DNA of 63,842 nucleotides, filler included, from Octopus bimaculoides (lineage: Eukaryota): assembly GCF_001194135.2 (NCBI RefSeq). It is 7 parts of 7 records of this genome, joined end to end, with 100 filler letters (N's around TTAATTAATTAA, not from the genome) between each part and the next. Parts side by side here need not be neighbours in the genome. Positions count along the whole stretch, not along the records: positions 44,032 to 55,302 come from NC_069009.1; positions 55,403 to 60,480 come from NC_069000.1; positions 60,581 to 62,642 come from NC_068986.1; positions 62,743 to 63,842 come from NW_026304451.1; 3 more parts are not named here. One strand, written 5' to 3'. The notes below the pieces were generated by a model. It had not been told where the DNA came from. It saw only the letters and a list, made by a program, of their open reading frames with translations, and searched no databases. Position numbers and translations under genes: made by a program. Below, piece after piece: positions 54,226 to 63,842 of the stretch (the first letter of the stretch is position 1; every line of letters starts with the position of its first letter).

Positions 54226-55402
54226 AATAATGTTCTCATTACTGTTACTAAAATAATTGGAAAAATTCACTTGAGCAATCAACACACACACACACACACT
54301 CTCATACACTTAAACACACACAAACACAAGCATGCACACGCGCGCACACATACATACATACACACACACAATGCACACACTTCAAAAAACATGGATATGC
54401 TCACATATTTAAAAACCTTCCAAAACGATTTGATAGATTCTATTTTCTACAAATATCTGACCAAATATACAAATGACTAAAAGTAAAAATTAACTTTTTA
54501 TCTGTCATCAATTTCAACCATTCTAGAAAAAGACCTCTTTTTTGCTTCTGCCTGTCATTCTTTCTTTTTTCTGTTTCCTCTCTGTAAGAAGGCCTATAAA
54601 AATTCACCACACACACACACAAACTTACACACACATACAGATTTACAAAGCATACTCTTCTCATTTCAACTCCAGATTTTTTAAACTAATTCACACACAC
54701 ACACACACATGCAAAAGATATGAATTTCCTATGAATATATCATTCCTGATGAATCTCTCAAAAAAGATGAAAGTGTTTAATAAATAATCTTTATCCAAAA
54801 TTCTAACTACCTTCTTTTTCTTAATGTATAAAATCTGTACACCACTTTAAACGATCTAATACATTCCTATGCATACACACACACACATACATCATCATTG
54901 TTTAATGTTCGCCTTCCATGCTAGCATGGGTTGGACGATTTGACTGAGGACTTGCGATCCAGATGGCTACACCAGGCTCCAATCTGATCTGGCAGAGTTT
55001 CTACAGCTGGATGCCCTTCCTAATGCCAACCACTCCGTGAGTGTAGTGGGTGCTTTTACATGGCAGCGGCACAAAGGCCAGTCAGGCGGTACTGGCAACA
55101 AACTGAAACAGCTGTAAGTCATTGTCCCATTTTCGGTCACTAGATGTCCTTTTTTAATTATTGATATGACATAATATGTCGCATGTGTTATTGTTATTAT
55201 TGTCCTCTTAGTAAACAAATAAACAAGTAAATTGACATAATACAATGTCTGCAAGTTGATGAATACCACCTATTAATCCCCTCCATTTTCTTATTACTAT
55301 ATNNNNNNNNNNNNNNNNNNNNNNNNNNNNNNNNNNNNNNNNNNNNTTAATTAATTAANNNNNNNNNNNNNNNNNNNNNNNNNNNNNNNNNNNNNNNNNN
55401 NN

Positions 55403-55438
<36 letters not shown>

Positions 55439-55539
55439 CTCTCTCTCTCGTATTCACTCATGTTCTCTGCTCTTAATGAGCATCTGTACAATTTCCTTAA
55501 AGCCAGACTCGCTATAAACCTACTCTCCTATGTCAACTT

Positions 55540-55900
55540 TCAATTGGTTCTCACCTTACAGTTATTCGATGTAAATCATGTTTTCCTCGACATCAGCAAA
55601 GCATTCAACCATGTCCAGCATTCAACCATCCTCATATCGAAACTGCTCCACTATGGAACTCCATTACATTGCCATCTCTTGCATGGGTAACTCTCAACCA
55701 GATCACACCATCGCAGCAAGCACTAACAGAACCCTTCTTATCCTCACACACTCTTAACTCTGGTGAGGAACAATGCTCGGTTCTATCTGCTCCTCTTTCC
55801 TTCTCAATACCCACCGCTGATCTATTTGCCTTCACATCTAACAACACCTACACACCCGCAAACGATACTACCTTTCATTCTTCTTTGGCTTTCACTAATC
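55540..55900 (+). mobile_element. Decayed LINE RT core fragment
   Basis: VFLDISKAFNHVQH...KLLHYG; NSGEEQCSVLS (GVPQGSVLS-like); PANDTTFH (YADDSTLH-like). Confidence 0.7.
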
Positions 55901-56175
55901 TTGAGTGACTAGCCTGGTTCTTTTTCTCTCGGTCACTTTTTACCGAGCCGCTAAGTTAGGGAGACGTAAACAAACCAAAATCGCTTGTCAAGTGATGCTA
56001 GAGAAGAAAAAACACACACAAATATATATCGAAATTGCAAAGATATTCTGGATCTCGACTGTAGAGAGAATCCGAATGACATGTCCGTGTTTTCTTTATA
56101 TCGTCTATCTGTACGTTTTGTCCCTTTCTTGTATCACCTAAATGTCTGGATGTTTTGCGTTCTTGTCCCATTCTG

Positions 56176-56224
<49 letters not shown>

Positions 56225-56589
56225 GGCTTTTTCAGTTNNNNNNNNNNNNNNNNNNNNNNNNNNNNNNNNNNNNNNNNNNNNNNNNNNNNNNNNNNNNNNN
56301 NNNNNNNNNNNNNNNNNNNNNNNNNNNNNNNNNNNNNNNNNNNNNNNNNNNNNNNNNNNNNNNNNNNNNNNNNNNNNNNNNNNNNNNNNNNNNNNNNNNN
56401 NNNNNNNNNNNNNNNNNNNNNNNNNNNNNNNNNNNNNNNNNNNNNNNNNNNNNNNNNNNNNNNNNNNNNNNNNNNNNNNNNNNNNNNNNNNNNNNNNNNN
56501 NNNNNNNNNNNNNNNNNNNNNNNNNNNNNNNNNNNNNNNNNNNNNNNNNNNNNTTTTAATACTAAACATTATCTTTTGAATATAATTGA

Positions 56590-58767
<2,178 letters not shown>

Positions 58768-59517
58768 ACTAATATCTTGGAATAAGCACTGGAAGGCAAG
58801 ATTCTGTATAGATTCAATAATATATTGAATAATAAATCAGGTTTGAAAGAAAGTCTTGGCGCATGTCAGTGATGGAAAAGAAACAAATGGTTCTTTCGAG
58901 TTAATTAATGTATTTAATCAAGATAATATTTCTCTTCGTTGTTCATAGCTTAATTCCATCTGTTTGGCAAAATATTTGATTGCACGATTGTAAACTTCTT
59001 GAAGTTTCCAAGCAAAGTAACTCTCAATATTTCAGTTTAAACTTCTTTACAATTAATAAGCTATTTCCCCTCAACTTGATGAATGCCCACTAAATTATAG
59101 TACACACACACACACACACACANNNNNNNNNNNNNNNNNNNNNNNNNNNNNNNNNNNNNNNNNNNNNNNNNNNNNNNNNNNNNNNNNNNNNNNNNNNNNN
59201 NNNNNNNNNNNNNNNNNNNNNNNNNNNNNNNNNNNNNNNNNNNNNNNNNNNNNNNNNNNNNNNNNNNNNNNNNNNNNNNNNNNNNNNNNNNNNNNNNNNN
59301 NNNNNNNNNNNNNNNNNNNNNNNNNNNNNNNNNNNNNNNNNNNNNNNNNNNNNNNNNNAATTTAGTACAGTATTATCCATACAATTTCAAAGTAAGGTGA
59401 TTAAAATCAAATTAAACAACAGGGATATCCAGAGGTAATGCAGTACGATTGTTCAATTAAATGGAGTTGCATGAAACGATCGTACTGCATTACCTCTAGA
59501 TATCCCTGTTGCTTATT

Positions 59518-59552
<35 letters not shown>

Positions 59553-61189
59553 ATATATGTATATATATATATATATACATATAGTTTGACCTTAGAGTCC
59601 CTCTTAGCGTGAGGCATTCATGTATAGTAATGCCCTTATATAAATAAATATATTTTGGGGAATAAATGATTTTTCCCTTATGAGTTTTTTTCACGCTAGC
59701 TATATATAGAATCCAGGTAAGCAGATATGGTGATGATAATGCAAATAAACAATTAAAACCTCTTGGGCTAGATAATATATATGTATATGTATATATACAT
59801 GTTAATTTGAGAGAAGATAAACACTGATAATATTCAGACGATGAATATTCATGTATAAATCTATATATATTTATGTATTAACAGAACAAATTGACACAGC
59901 GCGCAAAGACACGGAGAATTAAAGGGGAGATGGTATGGTGTTACAGGTCCGAAAATTGTTTTTTTAATTTTTTTTTTTAGTAGATGTAGTTCGTAAAAAG
60001 TCAAAGATATGCAAACAATAGTGGAGGCATATAAACATTTGGTAAATCCTGCCCCCATCATCAGGCTGGAGAGATAGGTATCTAAGCTATACATACATAC
60101 ATACATACATACTAGTATGGATATACATACATACATACATACATACATGCATGCATATATATATATATATATATATATCAGTTACTCCAGCTTACTGGTG
60201 TTATATAGATAGAATAAGGCATGTCACCTCTAGGCTGAAACAGCTGTAAGACATTGTCCCTTCTTCGGTCACTAGATGTCCTTTTTGATTTTTTATTACT
60301 GATATGACATAATATGTCATATGTGTTTGTATATTGTTTTTATTGTCCTGTCCTCTTGAAAAATAAACAGGCAAATTGACATAATACAATGTCTGCAAGT
60401 TGATGAGTACCACATATTCCCCTCCATTTTCTTATTGCTATATATATATATATACATATACATACATACATACATATATANNNNNNNNNNNNNNNNNNNN
60501 NNNNNNNNNNNNNNNNNNNNNNNNTTAATTAATTAANNNNNNNNNNNNNNNNNNNNNNNNNNNNNNNNNNNNNNNNNNNNAAAAAAAAAATATAATAATA
60601 AGTGGAAATTTTAAAGGTGAGTGTGTTAAAAATTTCAAGGCACGATAAGAAAATGACTCTCCCCAGAGACAACAGAATATGCTTCAACACGCGAAATCAC
60701 ATAAAAAATCTTGCAAACCAAATCCCAAAACGAAATATATATATTGAATTGGTGCTTAAACACTATAAAAATAATATATTCATATATCGTTAGACTCTAA
60801 TATAACTCTACTTGAATTATAGGAAGATTATTTTAAGAATAGCTCACGAATGCTCAGTGCAGAGTGGAAAACAAAAATCTCAATGATATTACAAAATTTC
60901 ATTATGTGTTCTCCAAATGCTTCCATGGCTTAAGTGCAAACACTATTAACTATAAAATTGTTATGCATTCAAAATTTAATAATCATGTGTATTAGTTTAT
61001 ATATTAACTATATAATTATGTACTGATTTTCTAATGATTATATGGTTGTTAATATTTGCACATAAAACATGGAAACAGCTGTTGAAAACAATAATGTTTT
61101 TGGAAATATTGACATTTTTGTTTTCTATTTTGATACATACATACATACATACATACATACATACTTATGAGTATATGTATAACTTTGTA

Positions 61190-61262
<73 letters not shown>

Positions 61263-62224
61263 TTTCCTCTATCTATATCCATATATATGTATATATGTAT
61301 GTATACACACACGCACTCAAAAATATATTCATGTAGATATGTACATATATACATATCTACACGTACACAATATTGTATTGCATCCAGAAGATATAATAAA
61401 CGAATTATGTTCTCGCTTTTGTGATATCAACATACCGTATTATTTGATATCCATCTGATGCAAGACGGATATTTTGTCTTAAGGGCAAAACTAGAAGATA
61501 TGCAGTTAATTGCATCCTCCACAGAGACAGTAAGTTGTTTGCCGCTAGGTTAGAGGAAGAAAATTAAACAACGAAAGCAGCAGCAGCAGCAAGAACAACA
61601 ACAGCAACAACAACAACAACCACAACAGCACCAACAACAGCGGCAAAGCGACAGAAACAATAAGGATAATAATTTGTAAGTATCAGATATTTGGCACTAT
61701 GTGGCGCTGTGAGGGCCCTTCTCCTCGACATTGCCATACTGGAAATTGGAAACGAAATCTCTGCTATATCGCCATGCAATACATATTACCCCTACCATGT
61801 CAACACATACACAAACACACACACATATACATATATACGTACACGCACACATGCATACATATACATACACGCACACATACATACACACATATGTATGTAT
61901 GTATAATGTATATATATATATATATACATGTATATACATATATACATACATATATATAGATATATATATATATGTATATATATATGTACATATATGTATA
62001 TATAGAAATCAACTATTTACTAAACTATATTTTGCATGTTAAAAATACATAAATGAATATACATACATGCATGCACACGCATTTATCTATCTATCCATCT
62101 GTCTGTCTGTGTGTCTGTCTGTCTTGTGTCGGTCTGTCTGTGTGTCTGTCTGTGTGTCTGTTTGTCTGTGTGTCTGTCTGTCTGCCTGTCTGTCTGTCTC
62201 TCACTCTGTCTGCATAACTTTCTG

Positions 62225-62364
<140 letters not shown>

Positions 62365-62366
62365 AG

Positions 62367-62424
<58 letters not shown>

Positions 62425-62428
<4 letters not shown>

Positions 62429-62642
62429 CGGTCTCTAATCGATGAACAGGGATATAATTTGCTCGAACCCGAAAGGATGTGTGGGGACTTTCAACAGCAC
62501 TTTGCTCGACTGTTCGGTGCGAGCGGTGGGTCGGAACGCAGGATGGACTTCACTGCCTACCTGACCGGCCTGCCGCGGCTCTCGGCGGGAGAAGCAGAGT
62601 ATTGTGAGGGTCCCATCACAACTGCTGAAGTAAGGGATGCTA
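62425..62642 (+). mobile_element. L1/Tx1-like ORF2 fragment running into a gap
   Basis: Open GC-rich frame FQQHFARLFG...YLTGLPRLSAGEAEYCEGPITTAEVRDA, typical of the EN-RT linker of L1/Tx1. Confidence 0.7.
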
Positions 62643-63439
62643 NNNNNNNNNNNNNNNNNNNNNNNNNNNNNNNNNNNNNNNNNNNNTTAATTAATTAANN
62701 NNNNNNNNNNNNNNNNNNNNNNNNNNNNNNNNNNNNNNNNNNAACACTGCAAAAAATATCAATAAAAATTGTTAAATCGACAGCACGCTTATGCATGAAA
62801 AATAAAGTCACAGTGATATTCTTTCACAGTCACTATCTGTTATGGGCGAGTCGTGTTTAAAAGTAGAAATTATTTGGAAACCTGACGAAACTCATGCAAC
62901 AGGAGCTGCAGCAGCAACAGATGAGTATGGCATATTGAGACCTGCCTCATTGCCCGAGAAATATAACAAAGACTACCGAGCGAATAAGTATCTCACACGC
63001 GCCAATTTTTCTCAGAGACAGCTCACTTTCGTTTCTTTTATATTCTGTCAATTAGCTCTCAGTTGTTGATTCTTGAGAGCAAAATCTCCATTTCGTTATA
63101 GGAAGCGACATAATTTCCATTTATCGGCAATTTCTGCCCTACATTATGTGATATTTATTTATTCCTCACAAAGCCATACACATACATACTCCCACATACA
63201 CACATACATAGAGAAAAAACACACGCACACAAATACATGTATACCTTTAGACATGTATATATAGTGATGTTGATGTTTATATATGCACGTACACACCATT
63301 GTACGTGTCAATGGACAAATAGATCGAAAATAATGTTACAATTAGGTTAGTTTCCATTTTTGTTTCTATTACTTGTTCCATCAAGCACTCAAACACATAT
63401 ACTCACATAAATACCATGCATTCACAAAATTACATCCAT

Positions 63440-63600
63440 GCAGAACAAAATAGATGGCTAGGTTCCGCACACATGTTACGCCGTGTACTCTCCATGAGAT
63501 GAGGACCTGCTGTGACCCTAGGATCAAGAGATGACCTCGGTTCAGCAGAAGACAATGGACCATAATTTATTAAAATAATAATAAAAATAATAATAACAAT
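63440..63600 (+). mobile_element. R4/Dong-like 3' end fragment with (AAT)n tail
   Basis: LGSAHMLRRVLSM motif as at 33.0 kb, followed by AAT-rich tail. Confidence 0.5.
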
Positions 63601-63842
63601 AACACCAGCTTGACCTTACGTACAAAACCACCACAATCGGACTGGCCAACTACCAAGAAACAACCAACGATTGGATGCTGAATCTTGTTGAAAAACATGA
63701 AATACCGAAAACACTTCATTCTATTCTGAAAGAGAGCAAAATATTCGCTACCGATCTCTTAGATACCCACCAACTTGATCAGGTTGAAGGAAACGCGCCA
63801 ACTGCCGCTGCAGAGAAAATATAATTAATTGCAAAGACAAAA

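Overview
Repeat-rich, AT-rich animal genomic DNA from a gapped draft assembly; the SINE/microsatellite landscape suggests an octopus-type cephalopod (inferred, not proven). Three host-gene signals are supported by splice sites and reading frame: (1) the last six coding exons of a betaglycan/TGFBR3-like TGF-beta co-receptor on + (1221-12018: ZP-C domain, transmembrane helix, STPCS tail); (2) one isolated RanBP2-type zinc-finger exon of a YAF2/RYBP gene on + (13426-13548), with no partner exons visible; (3) a phase 1-1 chitin-binding type-2 (CBM14) exon on - (24828-25016). The rest is mostly tRNA-derived SINEs, RTE/R4/Penelope/Tx1 and other LINE remnants, Tc1/mariner elements (DD36E, DD41D, maT-like, mariner) with MITEs, microsatellites and N gaps, six of which carry an artificial TTAATTAATTAA linker. 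Unexplained structure: a diverged ~350-bp inverted duplication at 56.6-58.8 kb, a covarying hairpin element in two copies, and a CpG-rich unique island at 52.1-52.4 kb. Most ORFs in the supplied track are microsatellite or gap artefacts.
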